From Lepidodermella squamata (Eukaryota > Animalia > Gastrotricha): DNA of 64,000 nt. The position numbers were made by a program, and so were the translations under genes. Where the stretch lies: the NCBI GenBank assembly GCA_047495785.1, contig JBLDXI010000029.1:2666001-2730000 (forward strand), given 5' to 3'. Position 1 is the stretch's first letter. Every line of letters starts with the position of its first letter. Shown here piece after piece: positions 27,943-39,400 of the stretch. The notes below the pieces were generated by a model, which ran no database searches, was not told the origin of the DNA, and saw nothing but the letters and a program-made list of their open reading frames with translations.

Positions 27943-30900
27943 ATGCTGTCGAGCAAGCTGAGCATTGACCAACTCGATGTCAAGGACAAGCGCGTCCTTA
28001 TCCGGTAAGTATTTTTCACAATATTATGTAGAAATTCTACCTTGAATGTGCGATTGAAGCAAAATGGGGAAAATTGTTAAAATTCTTTTTTTACTTCAAT
28101 TTCGTCGCGTTTTCCATTGATTTCCATTGAGGACATAGCATAAAAATAATGGATATTTTGTGATTTTGCAATAAATACACAAGCAAAGAAAATACACGGA
28201 ATAGGGTTCAGAAGCTCGACAATTAGACACGAAGTCCCATCTTATGGCCAGAAAAAATTCAGAAAATTCAAAAAATCACGAGAATAGTAATGAAGTATGT
28301 CATTTGTTAATAGGATTAAAAAAGTCCGGAGAAATTTGTTCAAAACGGGTCAAATACGAAAAATACTGGAACTGAAAAGACGATTTTGGAACGGCAAATT
28401 ACAAATATTAATAGTCATCATTGTAATTTTTGAATTTTCGGAAAATTTGTAAAATTTTAGAAATTTGGCCCAAATACTAAATCGCGCTTTTTTATTAATA
28501 ATTTGAAATTTTGAAATTAATTTTTTAATTGTTTTTCCTAGCGTCGATTTCAACGTGCCGCTGAAGGGTTCGACCATCACCGACAACCGCCGCATTGTCT
28601 CGAGCCTGCCCACCATCAAGTACGCCCTGGAACACGGTGCTAAGAGCGTCGTGCTCATGAGCCATCTCGGCCGCCCGGACGGCAACCGCAACGAAAAATA
28701 CTCGATGAAACCGATCGCCGCCGAGCTGGAAAAACTGCTCGCCAAGCCCGTCATCTTCTTAGACGACTGCGTCGGCGACGCTGTGACCGCCGCTTGCGCT
28801 AACCCGGCCGCGGGCAGCGTGATCCTGCTCGAGAACCTGCGTTTCCACGTCGAGGAGGAAGGCTCTGGCCTCGACAAGGACGGCAAGAAATTCAAGGCTG
28901 ATAAGGATAATGTGAAGAAATTCCAGGAGGCCCTCACCGCCCTGGGTGACGTCTACGTCAATGACGCGTTTGGAACTGCCCATCGTGCTCACTCGAGCAT
29001 GGTCGGTGTTCACCACGAAAAGCGAGCGGCTGGTTTCCTGTTGAAGAAGGAGTTGGAGTACTTCTCGAAGGTGCTGGAAGAGCCGAAGAAGCCGCGTCTC
29101 GCCATCATGGGCGGTGCGAAGGTGCACGATAAGATCCAGCTGATTAAAAATATGCTCGCCCGTGTCGATGAAATGATCATTGGTGGCGGTATGGCTTACA
29201 CTTTCTTGAAGGTAAATTTCGTAAATTTTTCCATATTTTTCTGCCCATCAACAAAATTTCAAAAAACAGCCCCATAAGTCCCATAAGTAACATGGAAAAG
29301 GGTTCAGAAACTCTACAATGAGAGGGGAATTCATAACTCATAGCATGAAAAATTGTAGTAAATGCGATATGAATAGTAATGAAGTATTTCTCTAGTGAAT
29401 GGGATTTAAAAAAATTCCGAAGAAATTTAAACCAACCGACAAAAATCCGAAAATTACCGAAACAGTTGCCATCTTGTTTATCAAGGCTTCTCCGGTAAAT
29501 TTTCAATTTATTCGGAAAAATCGAGGATTGGATAAGTGATCAAAGATTCTCTCAGTGGGCTTAATTTCAAAAATCAATTCGATTTTCTCTAAAAATTTGA
29601 AAAATTGCAAAATTGTTACGCAACTTATGGGACACGCTGTACATTTTTGAGTAAACCATTTTTGAGATGAAAATTTAGTCTCTATTCAGAAAATTATGAT
29701 ACTTTGTGGCAAATGTGTGTGAGTTTATTTTCGATTTTTCTGCAAATATTGGCGATTTTCCGAATTTTACCTGATTTCTTAAGATTTGAGACATCTTACT
29801 AAACTCTTTAAAATTTGCATAATTAATTGAATTTTGTTTTATCGATATTTAACTCAATCGGCACGTACTGTATATCTACCGGTGGTCACTAATTTTCGGT
29901 TTTGAAGATTTCGGACCTGTACATTTAATTTCGGTGGATTGGAATTCGGTTTGAGAGAAGCTGCTGCGAAAAAAATTCGAAATTAGTCACCTAAAAATTT
30001 ATTTCAGTGGTCTAATTTCGTGCTTTTACACGTTATGAGGACATAATCACTGCTTTAGCAGCGTCAATATCGTTGCTTCCAATATCCCTACTACCTAAAA
30101 TTGCAGGTAACACAATTGTTACCCTACTTTACCATGATACAGCTGTATTGTAGAAAATAACAATAAATTGACAGAATTTATTTTCGTTGATTTTGAATTC
30201 GGTGTTTCCTAAAAAACACCGAATTCAAAGATCAACCCGAAAATTAGTGACCACCGAAAATTAGTAGATATAAATTATTTATTTAGTTTTTACATTTTTT
30301 ATTGGTTTTTTATTGACTCGTTGTGGGAGATTCAGGACTGTTCCTTTTACAGGAAAATCGATTTGATCAGGTTGAACGGGTTCGGTGACAACGTTTGAGA
30401 AGTTGGCGGCAGATTCATTATTATTAACCTATTTCTAGTTCAACATGAGGTTTTGTTACACTCTCGTCAATACTCGGCCGGTCCCGCCGTTGTAAAGAAG
30501 TTTATTTATTTAACAAGGGAAACAAGTTGAGCATATGAAGAGGGTTGTTTCTAGTATTTTGACATGTTGTGTAGTTTTGAACCGTCATATGTTGACTTTG
30601 ATCTTCACGCTCATAATAAGGCACTGTCAAATTTCAGCTGAATTACTGACTTTGACAAAGGATGGTTTCATCCGTTAACTTCATGATATAAGTAATCGGA
30701 ATAATCGACTTCGGAATAGAACGACCGAGATCTATCCCCCACCTCCCTCTACGTGTTCAGCTTTCCCCGTCAAGAAATAAAAACTGCTTTTAATCTGAGT
30801 CACGCGGATACGTTGAGGTAGCAGCTCTGGCAAATGCCGAAGTTAGAATTTCGACTGATCGATTTGATTAGATTTGATTACCTTTTGTTGCCTTGGGATG

Positions 30901-33280
30901 ACACTTTTGCTATCTGTGATAGGGATGGCCAATTTGGTCAAAATCTAGGACTAAGACTTACGGGTGGGCTCAGGTCAGGGCCCGGCTCTGAAAGGCATCG
31001 AATAAGAGCTTTAACGAAGCTAATTGAAGGTTTCTTTAATCGAATTTTTCTTGGTGATTGTTTGGGTTTTTCCTGAGAACTAAGAAAATTGCTTGAATTT
31101 AAAGTAAGCCTCAGCATGCTACCGAGGAGAAATGAATTGCTCTTAGATGTGCAATCCGGTTGACCATTTTCTGTTTTGCGGGAGTCAGACCAGGAATTTG
31201 ATTGTGGTCTGAATCATGCGCCTTTGCATTGAAAAGTGATAGAATGCAAGACTCTGTTGGGCAGTAGATGGAAGAGTTTGGACTAGTTTGTCCCTGTAAA
31301 ATACTGGCGTAGTAGGACAAGCAATCAAAATGTTTGGCCATCACTTCGCAACAGTGAATACTTGGCGCTTTTCGTCGTAGAGTTCCAAGAGTTCCCGATC
31401 CAGAGTTACGTAGCGGAAACAGCTCTTTTAGGCACCTTTTACATTTGTTACGTGAGACTATAATATCACAAAGTCGCTGATCGTAATTGACACTTGCATT
31501 TCGAGTAAGCGTAGAGTTTCTCAAATTTAAGGTCCAAAGACCGAGCCTGCTCTTGAGCGCTGTCGAAATTTCCATCAGAGATAGATCGTAGAAATCGTCT
31601 ATCGATCGATGGGACCAAAAATTACTAAGATACCACACCGTCTGGGACGTCGATCGCTTCAAGAAATAGTTTTTCCTCCATTGGATCTGGATGGCGTCTG
31701 AATTAAAGTTGAGACTGATGAAAAGTCTCGCCTGGCCACTCGTGAAAGGATGAAAAAGCTCCGCGCTTCGACCTGGCCGCAAATTGGCCTGCGCAGGGTG
31801 ACTAGAGCGTGTTCGAAAGTCTCCCGCGTTACAGGTCGCTCGAGTGGATTCGTGTCATTCTTGGAAATCTGGTTTAAGCAGTCCCAACAGTCGTTTATGA
31901 TCCTGCAAAATCCAATCAGTGCCCAAATTATCGAGTTCAATGCTGCGAATCAGCGCGCATCGAAATCTTGGTGGGTCATGTGTATGATTTTAGAAGCAAT
32001 TCGATTCACCGAATCAGGGATTGGGCCGGAAAATATTCTTCGGAAAATCGGGCCAACATTCACGTTTGAACAGCGTTAAATTTCCATAACGCAATCACGA
32101 AATGAGTATAATTGAGAACCTTAAGAGCTCCGGCTGAAAAATGCTGATTTTTGTGATCCGAGGCTTTTTACGCGAAAATTAGATACTAATTATAGCCGAA
32201 TTTATTTTCGGGAATTTTTCCGATTTTCTTGCGATAATTTAGTACACTCTGACCTAAATCACTGAAAATTATGTTCACGTGAAAATTTATTAAACCTATT
32301 TGTCATTTTTTTTGTTTTTAATTAGGTCACCCGCGATATGCAAATTGGCAAGTCGATTTTCGACGAGGAAGGCGCTAAAATTATCAATGAGCTGTTGGAA
32401 AATGCCAAGGCGAACAACGTTACGATCCACCTGCCCGTTGACTTCAAGACGGCCGATAAATTCGAAGAGTCAGCCGATGTTGGCGAGGCGACAGTTGAAA
32501 GCGGCATCCCGGCCGACCGCATGGGCCTCGATGTTGGACCGAAATCGATCGAACTGTTCCGCAGCGTTATCGCTCGTGCTAACACTATTGTGTGGAACGG
32601 CCCCGTTGGTGAGTTAAAATTTCCGAAAAATTTCAAAATTAAATTTCAAATTTTGAGAATTTCAACAATCTTACAACAATCTTTCTTTAAATTTTTAATT
32701 TTTGAAAAAACTCTAAAATTCGATTTAAAAAATTTCAGGTTTTTTCGAAGTTTTTCCAAATTTTGTTAATTTTGTTAATGATTTTAGTCTAGCGAAATTT
32801 AAAAAACTGTTCATTCTCGGAATATTAACGACTTTGAAAATTTTATTAAGTTTTCTCATTCTGAAATTCGAACTATTTTTATTTGAATTTTTGAATTTTT
32901 TTTAATTTCAGTTGATTGTTGATTAATTTTTTTCTAGGTGTGTTCGAATTCCCGAACTACGCCCATGGCACGCGTGCTGTGATGGACGCGCTTGTTGAGG
33001 CGACAAAGCGAGGCGCGATCACGGTTGTCGGCGGTGGCGAGACGGCCTCGTGCGCCTCGAAATGGGACTGCGAGGACAAGCTATCGCACGTCTCCACCGG
33101 TGGCGGTGCTGCCCTGGAACTGCTCGAGGGCAAAGTCCTGCCAGGTAAATTGAAAAAAATTCGAATTTCAAATTTTTTCTTAAATTTGAATTTTGAAATT
33201 TAATTTCAAATTTTTTCAATGAATTTAATTTTTTTTTAAATTTTTTAGGTGTTGCTGCTCTCTCGGAGAAGACCCATTAA
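27943..33280 (+). CDS. PGK: Phosphoglycerate kinase (exons 27943-28004, 28542-29211, 32326-32608, 32938-33144, 33249-33280)
   Basis: [48 protein letters not shown] and [18 protein letters not shown] motifs; all splice phases are compatible. Confidence 0.98.
29871..30272. mobile_element. MITE in PGK intron 2
   Basis: Termini TATATCTAC/GTAGATATA plus a perfect 20-bp inverted repeat CGGTGGTCACTAATTTTCGG / CCGAAAATTAGTGACCACCG. Confidence 0.8.
30790..31782 (-). CDS. Nested antisense gene with RING-like Cys/His domain (3' exons ..-31123, 31072-30962, 30913-30882, 30826-30790; 5' end unresolved)
   Basis: The 223-aa ORF contains CKRC..CC-x5-H-x2-C..CP-x3-C. Three successive GT-AG introns of 50, 48 and 55 nt keep the frame to a TAA. 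Confidence 0.6.
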
Positions 33281-34666
33281 GAGCAGTTTGAATGGAACTG
33301 GCAAAAATATCGACACTGGATTGAATAGAAAAACTTATAAACCAAAGACTTGATGAAATTGATGGTGAATATTCTTGAAAAAATATATGGATCGAAAATT
33401 GTTGACATACCCGTGTTATAGCGTGCGTCTTGCCACCTCAAAAGTAGAGATGAAAAAACTTCACCCAGTGCATGTCTTCTAAAATTCTTCGGTGTGCGTA
33501 TTTTTCCACAGTCTCACTGCCTATATATTATGATATATTATGATAGATTTTTCCTTTACTGGAACCCCGGTACCGCTTCTACTCGTTTAGAGTAATAAAA
33601 CTTCGAGTCGTGTTTTCAGCTAGTTTATTCTTCTTATGATAATGATGAAATTTGAATTCCTTACTGTGATGACGATTGGTATATAGCCAAAGAGCACCCT
33701 TTATCTCTATGCTTCACTCAGGCGCGAATTACGTCTTATTCGTTGGTCGAGTTGTCTACTCAGTGTTATATATATTATTGTGAACAATAAAATTCGTACG
33801 CAAACAACGGTCTGTTTTTTTGGAGGTTTTCCCGCGATTTCGCAGGATTTTTCCAGGTTAAACATAACGCGATGGACAAAACCATTAAAGGCAAAAAATA
33901 GAGAAAAAAATTGAAAAAAATTCAGAAATTTTCAGAAAAGTTGGCAAGAGGATTCCTGATTTTCCTGCAAATTTTTGGAAATTTTCTATATTTTTTGCTG
34001 ATTTCCGGAAATTAAAATGTAATTTTTTGTTTTCATAATTTGCATATATGCAAATGCAATTGGGTCGAATTTCAAAGCAAAATAAAAAAATTTAAAATTT
34101 AGCCCAATTTTCTAGGGTAGGGCCGGCTAAAACGTTTTTTCAACCAGTAGCTCAATAGGTAAAAAAATTTGTTACTTTCGCCTCATATTCGCCTCATATT
34201 CGCCGTCGTTGCATCAAGCATAGGTCGCAGCTCGCAACTGTATTGCGCTCTGTCCATGTCACGCGTGTTGCGTTACGTAACGTTTTTGCCGAGTCCGGAA
34301 GTCAAAATTGCGATATCACGCAAGCGATATAACACAGTCAACATTGTGTATTATACGAAATCATAATCTGAGGTGTTAATGAGGCGCGCTGATTACCTAA
34401 GTGTTACAACGGCCGAACCAGCTAGATTTTCCGTGTGCATGAATATCAACGCCCTGCTTATCTATAGCGTCAAAAATCTTATTATGGGTCTGAAATACGA
34501 CAGTAGAACTCACATTCAAGCTGCGTCATTCAGTAAAATTACGCGGAAAAATTGAGAATATCGGCGAATTTTTCTGTCTGGAACTGCTCGGGTCCAAAGT
34601 CCGAAGTCCGAAGTCTTGAAACTAATTTACCTAAACAGTTTTCTGTTTAAAAAATGAAAATAAATG

Positions 34667-35334
34667 ATCAATCAAATCCTCTTTCAAAAAATATAGCAGC
34701 AATAATTGAGCAATAAAAGGAATCGAAAAATATGTCCTCGAAATCAAAATTGGGTGTGTCAAGTGGGCACTCAAAATTTATAGGGTTCCAAAAATTGTGG
34801 AATTTTCAGTTCTTAATTACTAGAAATTAATAATAGGTGCTGACATTAAAGCTAGCGACAAACGAGCGACGAGGGTTTAAAAAATTATTTTCCAAGTATT
34901 TGCGATTTCTACGTTTTCCTCTCTCGACTGATGCACTACACGAGCCGTGGAATTTTCATTTTTACACACAGGTGCCATCAGCTGGGTGGAAAATTGTTTA
35001 ATGTTGGCTTCAAAGACTGCTGATATAGGAAAAATCACTGATTTGTATAATCGATACTTGGAATCGATATCTGCTCCGCGAGCCGAAGTATTACTCGATA
35101 TGGCGAAATTCGCGTATTGGGGAGTTGTGTCAGTTCGAGATTTTAATAAAAGTTCGAAATTTGACAATCGTTGAATTCGAAAAACCAAATTTTGGGAAAT
35201 TATTTAGCGCTGGAACCCTATAAATTTTGAGTGCCCACTTGACACACCCAATTTTGATTGCGAGGACATATTTTTCGATTCCTTTTATTGCTCAATTATT
35301 GCTGCTATATTTTTTGAAAGAGGATTTGATTGAT
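34667..35334. mobile_element. Foldback/MITE-like element with 124-bp near-perfect inverted arms
   Basis: 34667-34790 is the reverse complement of 35211-35334 with about one mismatch, around a 420-bp spacer. No clear TSD. Confidence 0.8.
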
Positions 35335-35799
35335 GCAAACTCCTGTTTTGTGAAATAAATAATTATGCATCGAAACGCCGATGATATTCACTTTGACAGC
35401 AACTTGATTTTTCAGGTTTCTGAGCTTGAATCTTCATGTAGCATGTAGCAGCTACTAGCAATTTTAGGGTCTCCACCATTCAGGCCTGGAATAAAAATAA
35501 TTAATAAAAATCAAAGGACAAATTTTGACGCTTTAAAATTTCGAAGAATTTCGGAAATAAATTCGTATGATTAATTTTAATTATTCCAATTTGCACACCG
35601 CAGAAACGCAATAAAACGTGTATATAGACCAATTTTTCCTCGCGGTCTCAATATATGATGAGGCGGGAAATTTAACAGTGTCGCGACAGGGCCATGATTT
35701 TTTACGAGTGAAATATACGACGGCAGCCACAAGAATTTACGACCGACTCAAATTATTTTCGAAACAATTAAACCATCGTGTGTGTGTGCGCGTTAATAA

Positions 35800-35914
35800 A
35801 CGCGCCGACCAATCGCGTGCAGTCACGTGACGCGCCGACCAATCAGCGCGCGAGACGGTGCGTGCGTGTGGCATATCGCGCACACGCATCTCGTTGTACT
35901 GTGTTAACTATAAA
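35800..35914 (+). promoter_or_regulatory. Putative Cdx core promoter
   Basis: Direct repeat ACGCGCCGACCAATC (two CCAAT boxes) flanks the palindrome GTCACGTGAC. TATAAA at 35909-35914 lies ~530 bp before the ATG. Confidence 0.6.
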
Positions 35915-36438
35915 CTCGACATCTCTCGCTTTTAGTAAGTATACCTACCTATGCCTCATTATAATCAACCCGTCGCGCTTGCTGAATTTATTGCGGCAAT
36001 TCGCTAGATTGCATCTCGTTAACTCCACTTGTGATAATTTACCTCATCATCGTCTTCACTTGCCTCGCATAGTATAGGGTGACTAAATTCCGAGACGACG
36101 ACGACGACGCCAGGCGCGGCGGCGTCTCTCGATAAAACGCCAGCCACCTTAATAAGAATAGTAATTTTTCGGCGAAAAATGCAAGGCGTAGGAGCTTCTG
36201 TTTTTATCAAACGCCACTCAAGGCGCCTTATCTTGTAGTCAGCCTTTGATCCTACCGCCAAAGCCGCTGCCTATCTCGCATATTCTATCACAATTTTTCC
36301 CACGGCTGGGCTAGAATTAATCAAAAATGGTTAGAAAAATGAAATAAATTTGATGTGTGCCAAACAAAATTTGCAGGTGATTTATTGCGATTTAAATTTG
36401 ATACATTTTTGATCACCCCTGTCAATCAATCAACACAA

Positions 36439-39400
36439 ATGGTTGTATCGAGCGGGGCTGTTATCAGCGCGCAACACGTCAACCATGCCCTAGCGACGTC
36501 GGCCGATAACACGACCGCCAGCAGTAATGAATCGAGCGACGCGACTACGTCATCACCGGGCGGAGTTTTACAGCCGATAACAGCCGGCGGCGGCGGTGGC
36601 GCCCAGCTTAACAACACCGCGGATCGGGAGAACGCCAGCAAGTGTTACACGGCTGCTGTTAAATCACCGGTTATTAGCAGCAATTCTGAAGTTAACAACA
36701 ATTTTGACGCGTTCATATCGCTGCACCGATCCATGACTGCCTCGAGTGCGTCGCCGGGCAAACCGGCGCCCGATGTCCCATCGCTGGGTTCCAGCGGCTC
36801 CGATGCACCCGTTGCACCCGTTGTGCCACCCTACTACGGGTATTCTTCATCGAATTACGGCTCGGCATCGTCCGCTGGCTATCAGTCCTATTTCGACTAC
36901 GGCCCGTCTTCGTCGTCCTTCGGCTACCAGGGTGCCCAGACGCGGGGCCCCTCGACGCAATGGTTCCCATCGGGTGACTTCTCCGGGCGCCAGCAGCAAT
37001 CGACCGGAAATTCGCTGCACGATTTCTACCAGCGCGTCTATAGTCAACAGTCGCCTCACAACTCATTCCTATCCCAAAATCCAGGTAAATTGAAATAATT
37101 TTCTATATTATAGGGGGAAAATTGCTGAAATGAGCGGTGAATTTTTACAGCCACTGAATTGCCGCCCGTGGCACTGCCATTAGGTAAATTACACGGCTAT
37201 AAGAGTCCGAGAATTGCTGCCAATTTCATGCCTGGCTGGAGATATTGCTTTATTGATGGCAATAAATACTTTTATTGTCCTTCATGTCAAATTTTTCAAC
37301 CAACCACGTACTTCATCAGTCAATCTTATTACATTATTTTCCCTATAGTTGAAACGAATTCGAAGCTAAGATTTCATTCTCAGTTTATTCTTCGTTACGC
37401 ATCATTGAATTTTTCTCACCTTTAAAATCTCACCTCAGCAACGTTTGACCTTGAAAAATTTGAGAGATTAATATTTATTTCCAATGAAAAAATATTGGAT
37501 TGGCTGTGAAAAATATCAAGAAAAATCCTCCTTAATCGTTTTTAATTTGAAAAATTTCAGATTTTCGAAAAATTTTAAAATTTCACTGTTTTTTTTAAAT
37601 TTCAAAACTTTGTAGTTTAAATTGAAACTTTCTAGAAATTTTCAGAAATTAATTCAAGCTTCAACAATCCAAATAATCATCAACTCTAGGAAATATAGAC
37701 CTTGGGAATAGCGAAACCGCAATTTTTGAATTTTTAACCTGGGAATCTTGCCAAATTTCAAATATTTATTTTTTAATCTAATTTCAAATTTCAAATTGAA
37801 ATTGGAACTCTCTATTAAAAATAGTTAGATCGGTCTAAAATATAGCCTGATTTACTTCCCATCGAAATTCAAGCTTCTCACTTTTTCGAAATATTTTGAA
37901 TTAATTATTGAAATTTTTGAAATTTTTTGAATTTCATCAAAATAAGTTCCACATTGACAATTTTCAACTCTGGGAATTATTTTCAATTTTTATTTCAACT
38001 TTAATTATTTTAATTTTTTCCTTATTAGTTTCCTGTGATGTTTTGGGTGCACCCTCGTCGTTCCTGGGCGCTCCTTCGCACCACACGGGTGCAGGACACG
38101 CGAGCGGGCTCGGGCACGCGCACGCACCCGCGCACCTCGACTCGATGGCGTCGCTGTTGTACCCGCACGCGCACCCGCCCGCCACCTCGTCAGCATCGGC
38201 GCCTGGCCTCGGCTCTCGGCAATTCTCGCCCGGCTCGCTGCTCGGCAAGGTGTCACCCGGTGGCCAGTTGGGCGCCGCTAGCTCGGACAGCAGCGAGCAG
38301 CTAGCGCGCTCCTCGCGAGCTCCCGCCCGCCTCCAAGGTGTCGACATGATGGAAGACGACGACGGCGACGACGGTGATGACGACGATGACGACGACGACG
38401 GTGGCTCGACGCCGCGGCCCAACTCTCAAGGTGAGTCGAGAGACGAAGAAAGGGCGTTACTTTTTACGCCGAGTGCGCGCACGCACACGCACTTTTTATT
38501 GCGTAATTAAAACCAGTTGAAGAGAAGGGCGCGGAGGGTGACTTGATTTAATGACCGAAATATGAGCAAAATTTGACACTCTGGAGCTAGATGAACGTGA
38601 TACCTGATACATGATTACTCATTTAATTTACCTCAAATTGAAGGTGTAAACTCGAAATGAACCGTGAAATTTGAAAAATTAAATTTTTGAGGTTTTAAAT
38701 TTTGAACAATTTGAAAACAATTATTCTAAAATTTGTTGGCAATTTTGACCCGAGCGGCAATTTTAACTCAGAGTTGAATTTTTTAATAGGATCCAAGTAT
38801 AATTTTCCAGCGTTAATTTTGAAGTTTTCGATTTTTGAACTTCGCTTGAGATTCTCTCGTAGTTTACTGCTTCGTTTCTCCATTAAATTTTATTTTTTTC
38901 ATAATTTTCATAATTTTTTTTCGCAAGCACGAATCATTCGCAGGAATCATTTACTTCTGAAAATACGTCAAAATTCAATATTATGTATAAAAATAAAATA
39001 AGCCAAAATTTTGAGATTTTCGAAATTTGATTTGAAATATTGAAACTACCGATTCTACCTAAGTTCATCTCACTTCAATATCTTTCCTCGCAATATTTTC
39101 GAAATTGATCTTCTTGAAAGGATCAATTTTGGGTCAAAATGCTGGCAGTTTTCGAATATTTCCAGCTCAAAAAATGTTTGAAATGTCAGTGACAGCCCGA
39201 AATTCCCATGCTATTCTTGTTAAAAAGACCATCGTCTCACGAGATATGGATTATTTCAGACATTTAGAATTTTGGAATTTTTTATTCAATTTTTCAGAAT
39301 TTTTGAAATTTTTCCAAACGGTAGCAAATTTTTTTATAAATTCAAATTTCTTATTTCAATTCTTCCTGTCATTCACAATTTCGACATAATTTCCGACACG

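Noticed and set aside
28350-29127. Minus-strand ORFs of 195 and 122 aa
   Set aside because: Antisense shadows of the GC3-rich PGK exon 2.
31850-31862. In-frame TGA as selenocysteine in the nested gene
   Set aside because: No SECIS identified and no redox-motif context; an intron or a disabling mutation is a simpler explanation.
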